Of a stretch of 64,000 nucleotides of DNA, positions 10,883 through 20,381 are shown piece after piece. Position 1 is the first letter of the stretch. Each line of letters opens with the position of its first letter. Below the pieces are notes generated by a model, which was not told the DNA's origin, did no database searches, and worked only from the letters and a program-made list of their open reading frames with translations. Source of the DNA: Microcystaceae cyanobacterium (GTDB taxonomy: Bacteria; Cyanobacteriota; Cyanobacteriia; Cyanobacteriales; Microcystaceae); the NCBI GenBank assembly GCA_041746575.1, contig JBGTGT010000133.1:1-64000 (forward strand). The letters are read 5' to 3'. Position numbers and translations under genes: made by a program.

Positions 10883-11661
10883 ATGTTACTGGCAAAAATG
10901 ACAAACATATTACTTTATGGCATATCTTTTAATCTTAGTGGAGACTGGACACGTACCACTACTCCTAATGTAGAAGTAGCAGTAGTTGAAGATGTTAATA
11001 ACGACTGGCAAGCCAGATTATCCAATGGTACGTCTTTTGGTTATAACGGAAATTGGACAAATACGACTAATCTAAGTGCGCAATTTGTAGGAATTAATGA
11101 TCTTAATAACGATGGATTCAACGACTTAATCTTACAGTTTGATCGCAATGAAGAACGCCATTAACAAGCTCGTTTATCCGATGGAAATTCCTTCAATATT
11201 CCTCAAAGCAATCTCCAAGAAACGAAAACAATTGCTATTGATGATTTACTGGATGGAGGAGATAGAAACAATAATTTAAACGAAGGAGTAAGTGATGATA
11301 TCTTAGTTGGAGGTATTTAAATTGATACCTTAATAGGAAGAATCGGCGCAGATACCTTTATCCTAGAATTACGAAATAATGTTAACAATCAAACCAATGA
11401 ATTAACCGATTTTTCGAGTGCTCAAGGCGATCGCTTATTAATGAATTTGGTGGTGGATTAGCTGAAGGATTCTTAAACCCTGAACAATTCCATCTGGGTT
11501 CAGAGGCAACCACCGCCGCTCATCGTTTTGTATACAATGCCACCAATGGCAATTTATTCTTTACCCCTTCAGGTAATATTAATAATCTCATCTACCCGAT
11601 TGCAACTTTATCAAACGTTGCAGAACTTTCTGCCACTGATTTTGAATTAGTATCCTTATAA
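10883..11661 (+). pseudogene. Degraded secreted Ca-binding protein (FG-GAP/VCBS-like repeats, RTX-like repeats, T1SS-type C-terminus)
   Basis: DLNNDGFNDLI repeat. In-frame TAA at 11162 where the upstream repeat has W (WQARLS). Then DDILVGGI*IDTLIGRIGADTF, a frameshift near 11440, and FGGGLAEGFLNPEQFHLGSEATTAAHRFVYNATNGNLFF...SATDFELVSL*. Confidence 0.8.
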
Positions 11662-11915
11662 ACTGTATCCAAAAATCAAAAAACAATTTTTGTGTCATCC
11701 TTAATTTTAACTTCAGACAGGTAGAGAATTTTTGATGCTGAGGTAAAGGGCGGGCAGAAACGCTATATTTTATACCTTTAGACGAATAAAAAACCTCAAA
11801 ATTCACTCCTGAGAAAGAGGCATCGCAAAAGAAAATAGATAATCATGTAAGGTAATTTATTACCTCAAAAAAATTAGCTTATTGGCGTTCTTCTTATTAA
11901 CAACTGTCCAAAAAT

Positions 11916-12830
11916 ATGATGCCCATAGAACCCTCTCCTCTCAATTTAAGTTTTCAGCCTAAACCATTGAGTGCTACGGATTTAACGCCTTTATCTTTTG
12001 CCATTGAACCGATTAAACAGGACAGTTCTCTCCCCAATTCAGAAGCAGAAAATCAATCCAGTCCTTCTCCTAAATTCTTATCATTGCAATCTCTTAAAAA
12101 TCAGTTTGATCAAATTTTAACGATTGGATCATTTTCCGAAGAAGGTAGCCAAAAGCTCAAGAACACCTACCTTATCTTGATTTTTTTACTACTTGCTTGT
12201 TTAGGAATTGGCTTAAGTATTCAGGCTCAAACCAGTTGGATCAAAGATTTTTCTTTAGATGTAGCGTCAGAAATTGTGGGAATTCTTCTGGTTATTTTTT
12301 CCGTAGATCGAGTGATTGATGCTGAGCGAAAAAAGAGAAAGAAAAAGAAAGAATTAGTGGCACTTCACCAAATAAAAAATGCTCTTGTTCGTCAGACTCA
12401 CATTTTGCTTGACATCACCCAATACCCCTTAGGAACATCGCCAGAATCCTCTCCATTTTTTTTGGAAATAACGCCCATAAAATTCTTAAGTGAGATGATT
12501 AATCAACTCTCTACGGGTTCTACTGATTCCAAGGTGCTTAATCGTCTTTCTCAAAATACCACTGAGATTATCCGTTTTAGAGATTTTCTAAATAGTATCT
12601 TAGAAAAGTATTCCTATTTCCTCTCCCCTGAACGAATTCATCTCATCGAAAAAGCTGTTAATGCCCCCTTAATTTTATCCTTAGAACAAGACCATGACTC
12701 AGTATTAAATGATAATCCTCAATCCAATCTAGATGTCAATGCAGAAACATTACATCTGCTACTGACTGATTATTCAACTCGCTTATCTGAGTTAGTTAAA
12801 ATCTGTAACAGTGAGCCGATCAAGCCATAA
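11916..12830 (+). CDS. Hypothetical membrane protein
   Basis: 304 aa; Pro/Ser-rich N-terminus, two predicted TM helices, then a basic KKRKKKK stretch. Confidence 0.75.
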   Translation: MMPIEPSPLNLSFQPKPLSATDLTPLSFAIEPIKQDSSLPNSEAENQSSPSPKFLSLQSLKNQFDQILTIGSFSEEGSQKLKNTYLILIFLLLACLGIGLSIQAQTSWIKDFSLDVASEIVGILLVIFSVDRVIDAERKKRKKKKELVALHQIKNALVRQTHILLDITQYPLGTSPESSPFFLEITPIKFLSEMINQLSTGSTDSKVLNRLSQNTTEIIRFRDFLNSILEKYSYFLSPERIHLIEKAVNAPLILSLEQDHDSVLNDNPQSNLDVNAETLHLLLTDYSTRLSELVKICNSEPIKP

Positions 12831-12881
12831 ACTTCTTGCTTAAACAACCATTCTTAGAAAAAAGGAGAAAAGTAAAAAAGC

Positions 12882-14534
12882 ATGAAAAGTAGCATTGAAT
12901 TTCAATTGTTTGCCCCTTATAATAAAGAAGCTTCCCTAATAGGGTCTTTCTCGGATTGGCAAGATATTCCCATGAAAAAAGATGATCAAGGATACTTCCG
13001 GACGCAAGTAGAATTAGAAGATGGAACGTATCATTATAAATTCCGTATTCGCTCCAAAAGTTGGTTTTTTGAACCTGATCAATGGGTAGAAGTTGTAGAT
13101 CCTTATGCCACGGATGTAGATGATAGCAACAAAACGGCTATTATCCATATTAAAGGAGGAGAAAAAATCATTGACACTTATGTCTGGCAAAACGATCAAC
13201 ATCCTTTACCGGCTGATCACGAATTGGTGATTTATGAGTTACATATTGCCGACTTTTCTGGAGGAGAAAATGATCCTAATCCTCGGGGTTGCTATCAGCA
13301 TGTTATCGAAAAACTAGATTACTTATGTGAACTGGGGATAAATGCAATTGAATTAATGCCCGTCAAAGAATATCCCGGAGATTATAGTTGGGGTTACAAT
13401 CCACGTTATTTCTTTGCCACTGAAACCAGTTATGGTTCAACCGCAGAATTAAAACATTTGATTGATGAATGCCACGGCAAAGGCATTCGAGTTTTGATGG
13501 ATGGAATCTATAACCACTCCGAAGCAGATAGTCCTTTAACTCAAATCGATCACGACTATTGGTATCATCACGAACCTCGTGATCCAGATAATAACTGGGG
13601 ACCTGAATTTAACTACGAGCATTATGATGAAAACTTAGACATCAAACCCGCTTGGAAATTTGTGGGTGATAACGTCCGTTTCTGGATCAAAGAATATCAT
13701 ATTGACGGTATTCGTTATGACGCCGCTCGGCAAATTGCCAACTATGATTTTATGAACTGGATTGTTAAAGAAGCCAAAGAAGTTGCTGGCGCAAAACCTT
13801 TTTATAATATCGCTGAACACATTCCGGAAACACCAAGCATCACCAATCTCGAAGGGCCGATGGATGGTTGCTGGCACGCCAGTTTTTACCACACCATTAA
13901 AGCCCATGTTTGCGGGGACACCTTTAATTTAGAGGAACTCAAAGACGTTATAGATGCTAAACGCCAAGGCTTTCTAGGAGCCACTAATGTCATCAATTAT
14001 TTTAGTTGCCATGACCACGAACGGTTAATGATAGAATTAGCGAACCGTGATATTTTTGATGAAGCGGCTTTTAAACGAGTGAAATTAGGCTTTGCTTTGT
14101 TAATAACCGCAGTGGGTGTTCCCATGATTTGGATGGGAGAAGAATTTGGTGATTATCAACCCCTTGATATGGAAGCCACCAAAATTGATTGGCAACTCTT
14201 AGAAAACGAAAATAATCAGCGTTTATGGGAATATTGCAAAGGACTCATTTATCTTCGCAAAACTCATCACGCACTCTATACCGCTAATATTGACTTCTTC
14301 TACGAAGATCCTGACTCAAAAGTCATCGCCTATACTCGTTGGAATGATGAAGGTTCTCGCATTGTCGTGGTTGTAAACTTCTCAGATAATTACTTAGCAG
14401 ATTATCGAGTTCCTTGTTTTCCTGCTCAGGGAACATGGCATGAATGGACAGGAGATTACGATCTAACTTCAGACGATGATCAAATTGTTGTGGATTTACC
14501 CGAATACGAAGCAAAAGTTCTAGTTTGGAGCTAA
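12882..14534 (+). CDS. GH13 alpha-amylase family glycoside hydrolase with N-terminal CBM48-like domain
   Basis: IYELHI, SWGYNP, DGIRYDA (nucleophile), IAEH (acid/base) and SCHDH motifs. Confidence 0.9.
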   Translation: MKSSIEFQLFAPYNKEASLIGSFSDWQDIPMKKDDQGYFRTQVELEDGTYHYKFRIRSKSWFFEPDQWVEVVDPYATDVDDSNKTAIIHIKGGEKIIDTYVWQNDQHPLPADHELVIYELHIADFSGGENDPNPRGCYQHVIEKLDYLCELGINAIELMPVKEYPGDYSWGYNPRYFFATETSYGSTAELKHLIDECHGKGIRVLMDGIYNHSEADSPLTQIDHDYWYHHEPRDPDNNWGPEFNYEHYDENLDIKPAWKFVGDNVRFWIKEYHIDGIRYDAARQIANYDFMNWIVKEAKEVAGAKPFYNIAEHIPETPSITNLEGPMDGCWHASFYHTIKAHVCGDTFNLEELKDVIDAKRQGFLGATNVINYFSCHDHERLMIELANRDIFDEAAFKRVKLGFALLITAVGVPMIWMGEEFGDYQPLDMEATKIDWQLLENENNQRLWEYCKGLIYLRKTHHALYTANIDFFYEDPDSKVIAYTRWNDEGSRIVVVVNFSDNYLADYRVPCFPAQGTWHEWTGDYDLTSDDDQIVVDLPEYEAKVLVWS

Positions 14535-14675
14535 CGATCTCAGAAAATTCTATCCTTGTTTTTAACTCCTAATCCAACCTTAGGGGGATAAATTCTAAGG
14601 GAAAAACTGGAATGCTAAAAGTAGCCAAAAGGCGATCAAACCCATCAATTCACTCACTAGATTATCAGGTTAAAC

Positions 14676-15479
14676 ATGGATTTTGGAATTAAAGGCAAAG
14701 TAGCAGTGATCACCGGTGGCGATTCGGGGATAGGAAAAGCCACCGCCAAATTTCTGGCAGAAGAAGGGGTAAAAATTGCCCTATTAGACAAAACAACTGA
14801 CCAACTTAAAGCCAACGCTGAGGAGATATCTAAAATAGGGGAAGTTATTCCTGTAACAGCAGATTTAACAAATATTGAAGACATCGAAAATGCGAAAGAG
14901 CAGATTCTAAATCGCTTCAATACTGTCCATATTTTAGTCAACTGCGCTGGAATCACAGGAGCAACCAAAGACTTTTTAGAATTAACCGATCAAGATTGGT
15001 ACAAAACCCTTGAAGTGGATTTTATGGCGGCAGTTAGAGTCTGTCGTTCATTTATTCCGGTGATGCAAAAAGAAGGTTGGGGAAGAATTGTTTTAATTGG
15101 CTCCGAAGATGCAGTGCAACCTTATCCCGATGAGATGCCTTATTGTGCGGCTAAAGCTGGTATTCTTAATTTAACTAAAAATTTAGCGCAAACTTACGCA
15201 AAGCATAATATTTTAGTGAACTCCGTTTCTCCTGCTTATATTGCGACTCCGATGACAGATGCAATGATGGAAAAACGCGCCAAAGAAAAAGGGATCAGTT
15301 TTGAAAAAGCGGTTGAAACCTTTTTAGATGAAAAACGACCTCATCTTGTCCTACGCCGTCGAGGAAAAGCAGAAGAAGTGGCCGCCGTGATTGCTTTTCT
15401 TTGTTCACAACATTCAAGTTTTGTGGTCGGTGCTAATTATCGAGTAGATGGGGGTTCGGTGGCAAGCGTTGCTCAATAA
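14676..15479 (+). CDS. SDR family oxidoreductase
   Basis: TGGDSGIG, NCAG, YCAAK and VDGG motifs. Confidence 0.93.
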   Translation: MDFGIKGKVAVITGGDSGIGKATAKFLAEEGVKIALLDKTTDQLKANAEEISKIGEVIPVTADLTNIEDIENAKEQILNRFNTVHILVNCAGITGATKDFLELTDQDWYKTLEVDFMAAVRVCRSFIPVMQKEGWGRIVLIGSEDAVQPYPDEMPYCAAKAGILNLTKNLAQTYAKHNILVNSVSPAYIATPMTDAMMEKRAKEKGISFEKAVETFLDEKRPHLVLRRRGKAEEVAAVIAFLCSQHSSFVVGANYRVDGGSVASVAQ

Positions 15480-15706
15480 AGCGAATCAAAAATTAAGGGA
15501 AGAGATGATCGTAGGGAGTTAGGCTTAATCGATCTTTGCTCACCTATTTTACGCTCAGAAAGTTAAGATCATCATAAGACTTTTGATAGAGTATGAATTA
15601 ATATCGCTCGCTCATCTTAACTCCCTTGAAGGATGAAATAACGAAATAACTGATTTATTCTAGAAGCAGTCAACTTAAACAAAATCTACTCAATTTCTCT
15701 TTCAAT

Positions 15707-16195
15707 ATGGCTCAGAATTTAGACCAGACTCAAACAGATCGTTCTATCAATGACAGCAACCTTTCTTTTTTAAAAAAAGTTCAAGCCGAAGCGGGATTAC
15801 CTGATATCTACGATGCTAGAGATTTGACTATTATCGTCTATCGAACCATGCGAGATTTGATGGATAATAAAACGGCTTCTGGGGTAGAGTCCGAACTAAA
15901 AGTACCTGCCGAACAAACAAAGAATAAACGGTTGAATTTAGAGGTGGCAGAACTTTGGCGTGATACCAATCCCTTTGTGGCTTGGATTAGTAATCTTCGT
16001 CCCTCTCTTCAATTTGATGATAAAACCTTTATTTATCGGATTTCGCAAGAAGGCAGTCTTCCGGCAAATGTTAGTGCAGAACAAGTGATTAAAGCCGTCT
16101 TTTTTGCCACCAAAGCAGAATTATCTTCTGAAAAAATCGCTGAAATCGCTAACTGTCTCCCTGGCCAAATTAAAACTTTCTGGGAAAACGCCTAG
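15707..16195 (+). CDS. DUF2267-like protein
   Basis: FLKKVQ..AGL.D.YDARD...VYRTMRD and IKAVF.ATKAELS...IA..LP...W pattern. Confidence 0.7.
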   Translation: MAQNLDQTQTDRSINDSNLSFLKKVQAEAGLPDIYDARDLTIIVYRTMRDLMDNKTASGVESELKVPAEQTKNKRLNLEVAELWRDTNPFVAWISNLRPSLQFDDKTFIYRISQEGSLPANVSAEQVIKAVFFATKAELSSEKIAEIANCLPGQIKTFWENA

Positions 16196-16240
16196 TCCAG
16201 TCGAGAATCCATCATTACGATTATTTTAGTTATCCTCCCC

Positions 16241-16269
16241 TTGACAAATTAAGCCTCATTAGTTATCAT
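16241..16269 (+). promoter_or_regulatory. Sigma70-type promoter of the downstream sRNA
   Basis: TTGACA (16241-16246), 17-nt spacer, TATCAT (16264-16269). Confidence 0.7.
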
Positions 16270-16275
16270 CGAGGA

Positions 16276-16352
16276 ATAAGTGGGTGAGGAGTAAGCAAAG
16301 AAGACATTTGGGGTCGAAACACGGACAGACTCCCAGGTGTCTTCTTTATTTT
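16276..16352 (+). ncRNA. yfr2: Yfr2 / Cyano-1 family sRNA (probable)
   Basis: 5' GTGAGGAG motif, then a long hairpin AAAGAAGACATTTGGGGTC / GACTCCCAGGTGTCTTCTTT with loop GAAACACGGACA and a T-rich tail. Directly downstream of a consensus promoter. Family recognised from memory. Confidence 0.7.
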
Positions 16353-16709
16353 GAGCTGAAATTTTCTTTCGCAGTCCCCCCCTAAAAATACTGAGAAATA
16401 TTGGCATTTTAAGGGGGCTAGGGAGAACCAAAGTAAAAAGCGCAGCAACGTGGTAGTAAAATAATATGGGTACGGCAAAGCGAATAGAAGTCTTTTGGTT
16501 TCTAATGTGCGCAAGATTGGGTAGGTGGTGCGTTCAAAATAGCAAATTTAGAGACAAAGTCAGGCAGGAAAGTTTCAGTTACAAGGAAGAAAACGTTATT
16601 TTGCTCCTTTCTCAATTTTCTCCCTTGGTTAAATTTTGATTCCGTTGAACGCCTGTTGATACACTAGAAAAGCTGTCAAGGCGACCTTCGTATTTTAATC
16701 TTAACCCCT

Positions 16710-18053
16710 ATGCCACCTTCTATTCTCAGCCTGAATCTCGGTTTGCCTCACCAAACTTTAGCGGTTACCCCCCCCCATTCTCTCTCCTTACAGGGTACAA
16801 TCCGCGTCCCCGGTGATAAATCCATCTCCCATCGTTCGTTGATGTTAGGCGCGATCGCCGAAGGAGAAACCACCATCGAGGGGTTACTATTAGGAGAAGA
16901 TCCCCGCAGTACGGCCAGTTGTTTTCGCCAGATGGGAGTCAAAATTTCAGAGCTTAATAGCGAAAAAGTAATTGTTAAAGGGGTAGGTTTAGGAAATTTA
17001 CAAGAACCCGATGACTTTCTCAATGTGGGTAATTCTGGCACAACTATTCGTCTGATGTTAGGATTACTGTCTTCCCATCCTGATTGTTTTTTTGCGCTAA
17101 CAGGGGATAGTTCTATTCGTTCTCGTCCGATGTCTCGCGTGGTTCAACCCTTAAATGAGATGGGGGCGCAAATTTGGGGAAGAAAAGGCAATTCTGTGGC
17201 TCCTTTAGCCGTTAAGGGTCAAAAGCTCATGCCGATTCATTATAGCTCTCCGATTGCTTCAGCACAGGTTAAATCTTGTATTCTCTTAGCCGGTTTAATG
17301 ACGGAAGGGGAGACGACGGTGACTGAACCGGTTTTATCCCGTGATCACAGCGAACGAATGTTACAAAGTTTTGGCGCAAAATTAGCCATTGATCCTGATC
17401 GTAACAGCGTAACGATTACAGGCTATCCTAAGCTAAGTGGACAACAGATTATCGTCCCCGGTGATATCAGTTCAGCGGCCTTTTGGTTAGTGGCTGGCTC
17501 GATCATACCCCATTCAGAACTATTGATCGAAAATGTGGGAACGAATCCGACTCGTACGGGAATTTTAGAAATTTTAGCAAAAATGGGCGCAAATATTACG
17601 CCAGAGAATGAAAGAACGGTAACAGGCGAACCTGTCGCAGATTTACGAGTAAAATCAAGTGTGCTTAAAGGATGCACGATTGCCGGAGACGTGATTCCTC
17701 GTTTAATTGACGAAATTCCTATCTTGGCGGTGGCTGCCGTTTTTGCGAAAGGGACAACAACGATTAAAGATGCGGCAGAATTAAGGGTGAAAGAAAGCGA
17801 TCGCTTGGCAGTGATGGCGAATCAATTAAACAAAATGGGAGCGAAAATTACAGAATTGCCCGACGGATTAGAAATAACCGGTGGAACTCCCTTAAATGGT
17901 GCAAAATTAGACAGTTATACCGATCATCGTATTGCCATGAGTTTAGCGATCGCAGCTTTAATGGCCAAGGGAAAAACGACGTTACATCGTGCTGAGGCGG
18001 CATCGGTTTCTTATCCCGAATTTTTCAGAACTTTAGAGCAAATTATTCGCTAA
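16710..18053 (+). CDS. aroA: EPSP synthase
   Basis: [30 protein letters not shown] and DHRIAM motifs. Confidence 0.98.
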   Translation: MPPSILSLNLGLPHQTLAVTPPHSLSLQGTIRVPGDKSISHRSLMLGAIAEGETTIEGLLLGEDPRSTASCFRQMGVKISELNSEKVIVKGVGLGNLQEPDDFLNVGNSGTTIRLMLGLLSSHPDCFFALTGDSSIRSRPMSRVVQPLNEMGAQIWGRKGNSVAPLAVKGQKLMPIHYSSPIASAQVKSCILLAGLMTEGETTVTEPVLSRDHSERMLQSFGAKLAIDPDRNSVTITGYPKLSGQQIIVPGDISSAAFWLVAGSIIPHSELLIENVGTNPTRTGILEILAKMGANITPENERTVTGEPVADLRVKSSVLKGCTIAGDVIPRLIDEIPILAVAAVFAKGTTTIKDAAELRVKESDRLAVMANQLNKMGAKITELPDGLEITGGTPLNGAKLDSYTDHRIAMSLAIAALMAKGKTTLHRAEAASVSYPEFFRTLEQIIR

Positions 18054-18190
18054 AAATCCCTGATAAACTCTTAATTCTCGACTCCTATTTCTCAAAAAAG
18101 AGATAAAGCTTTTCTTAGATCACCGAGAAATGATAGTCTGGAAGGGATGTCGAAAAAAGTTAGATCCATTAACCCTTAAGATAAGCCATA

Positions 18191-19261
18191 ATGACCGCCA
18201 CCCTTGATGCAGCTACAAAAACCCGTCGTGTTGTCTTTCCCTTCACTGCTATAGTTGGCCAAGAAGAGATGAAATTGGCACTCCTTTTTAATGTCATCGA
18301 CCCGAAAATTGGCGGTGTAATGATTATGGGAGATAGAGGAACCGGAAAATCGACTACTATTCGAGCTTTGGCGGATTTATTGCCAGAAATTGAAGTTGTT
18401 GCTAACGACCCTTTTAATTCTCACCCCGAAGATCCCGATTTAATGAGTGATAGTGTTAGAGAGCAACGGGAAGCAGGAATATCCGTCGATATCGCTCACC
18501 AAAAAGTGATTATGGTAGATTTACCCCTTGGCGCAACGGAAGATAGAGTATGCGGGACTATTGATATTGAAAAAGCTTTATCAGAAGGGATAAAATCGTT
18601 TGAACCCGGATTGTTAGCCAAAGCGAATCGTGGTATCCTTTATGTTGATGAAGTAAATTTACTCGACGATCACCTTGTCGACGTCCTCTTGGATTCAGCC
18701 GCCAGTGGCTGGAATACGGTAGAAAGAGAGGGTATTTCTATTCGTCATCCGGCGAGATTTGTCTTAGTCGGCTCAGGAAACCCAGAAGAGGGGGAATTAC
18801 GACCTCAATTGCTGGATCGTTTTGGAATGCACGCCGAAATTCGTACTGTTAAAGAACCGGCATTACGCGTGCAAATTGTCGAGCAGCGCACCGATTTTGA
18901 CCGAGATCCTCTTTATTTTTGCGATAAGTATCAAAATGAGCAGGAAGACCTGCAAAAACGCTTGGTTAAAGCTCAAGAACTTTTACCCAGTGTTAATATT
19001 GATTATGATTTACGGGTAAAAATTTCGGAAGTCTGTTCCGAATTGGATGTGGATGGATTGCGAGGAGATATTGTCACCAACCGCGCGGCTAAAGCCTTAA
19101 CGGCCTTTGAAGGACGGACAGAGGTTACGGTAGATGATATTCAACGAGTCATTACTCTCTGTTTGCGCCATCGCCTGCGAAAAGACCCTCTAGAGTCCAT
19201 TGATTCAGGATATAAGGTGCAAAAGGCATTTGGTCGTATTTTTGGCGTGGACATAGCATAG
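18191..19261 (+). CDS. chlI: Magnesium chelatase ATPase subunit I
   Basis: [30 protein letters not shown] and RPQLLDRF motifs. Confidence 0.97.
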   Translation: MTATLDAATKTRRVVFPFTAIVGQEEMKLALLFNVIDPKIGGVMIMGDRGTGKSTTIRALADLLPEIEVVANDPFNSHPEDPDLMSDSVREQREAGISVDIAHQKVIMVDLPLGATEDRVCGTIDIEKALSEGIKSFEPGLLAKANRGILYVDEVNLLDDHLVDVLLDSAASGWNTVEREGISIRHPARFVLVGSGNPEEGELRPQLLDRFGMHAEIRTVKEPALRVQIVEQRTDFDRDPLYFCDKYQNEQEDLQKRLVKAQELLPSVNIDYDLRVKISEVCSELDVDGLRGDIVTNRAAKALTAFEGRTEVTVDDIQRVITLCLRHRLRKDPLESIDSGYKVQKAFGRIFGVDIA

Positions 19262-19330
19262 GTGCGTAGGATTTTGAAAGGCATCGTGTATAGTTGATAG
19301 TTAAGAGTAAGCTATTTCACAAATGTCTCA

Positions 19331-19621
19331 ATGAAATTCCCGATACAATTCCTATATACAGGGTATCGCAAAGCCTTAAACCATCCGCAATATCGTTGGT
19401 GGGTGATTTTGGGAACATTGGTTTATTTCCTGAGTCCGATTGATATTTCCCCAGATCTAATCCCTATTATCGGGCAAATTGATGATTTTACCCTATTGAC
19501 ACTCCTTTTTACGGGTTTATCCCAAATCATTTTTGAATCTCGTCAATCCTCCAATCTTGATCCCAATCCAGAGCCAAAATCCGTTGAAACCATTGATGTA
19601 GATGCCGTTAAAATTGAGTAA
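19331..19621 (+). CDS. YkvA/DUF1232 family membrane protein
   Basis: YFLSPIDISPDLIPIIGQIDD signature. Confidence 0.88.
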   Translation: MKFPIQFLYTGYRKALNHPQYRWWVILGTLVYFLSPIDISPDLIPIIGQIDDFTLLTLLFTGLSQIIFESRQSSNLDPNPEPKSVETIDVDAVKIE

Positions 19622-19671
19622 AGCTCATTTTCTTGACCCTTGAATTAAAACTTCATTTAGGAAGCGTAAAG

Positions 19672-20367
19672 ATGACTAATCTAGCGAAAATATTACTGGT
19701 AGACGATGAACCGGGGGTTCGGGAGTCTGTAAAAGCTTATTTAGAATATAGCAATGAATTTACCGTCAATGCGGCGAGCAATGCCAATGAAGCGTGGGAT
19801 TTGTTACAAAAAGAAACGCCTGATTTGATTATTTCTGATGTGATGATGCCAGAGGTTAACGGTTATCAATTTTTAGAGAAATTACGCAATGATCCTCGTT
19901 ATCAAACTCTGCCTGTGATATTCTTGACAGCAAGGGGAATGACGTCTGATCGCATTCAGGGGTACGATGCAGGATGCGATGCTTATCTTCCTAAACCCTT
20001 TGATCCCGATGAATTAGAATCTATTGTCAAGAATCTATTGAAACGACGCAAATCCCAGCAGGAATCCCAAGGAGATGAAGGCAAATTAGAGGAAATTTAC
20101 CAAGAATTACTAGAAATTAAAGAAAAAATGGGTAATTCTGGTGGAATGACTACCACTCCTCCCCCTTTCAATATTGAATTAACCCCAAGAGAACAAAGTG
20201 TCTTAGACTTAGTGGCAGAAGGGTTAATGAATAAGGAAATTGCTTCCCGTTTAAACACCAGTGTGAGAAATGTTGAAAAGTACGTTAGCCGTCTGTTTAG
20301 TAAGACAGGAACGAATAGTCGTACTGAATTGGTTAGATTTGCTTTACAACATGGACTGACGCAATAA
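19672..20367 (+). CDS. ycf29: NarL/LuxR-family response regulator (Ycf29/Rre1-like)
   Basis: Receiver domain (LVDDE, SDVMMP, FLTA) plus HTH LTPREQSVL...NKEIA...VRNVEKYVSRLFSKTG. ATG at 19672 preferred over TTG at 19633. Confidence 0.85.
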   Translation: MTNLAKILLVDDEPGVRESVKAYLEYSNEFTVNAASNANEAWDLLQKETPDLIISDVMMPEVNGYQFLEKLRNDPRYQTLPVIFLTARGMTSDRIQGYDAGCDAYLPKPFDPDELESIVKNLLKRRKSQQESQGDEGKLEEIYQELLEIKEKMGNSGGMTTTPPPFNIELTPREQSVLDLVAEGLMNKEIASRLNTSVRNVEKYVSRLFSKTGTNSRTELVRFALQHGLTQ

Positions 20368-20381
20368 CCCGACTCTTTGCA

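Noticed and set aside
11588..11806. 72-aa minus-strand ORF
   Set aside because: Overlaps the plus-strand RTX pseudogene end and has no motif.
16249..16514. Two minus-strand ORFs (60 and 82 aa)
   Set aside because: No protein features; the region is better explained by the plus-strand promoter and sRNA hairpins.
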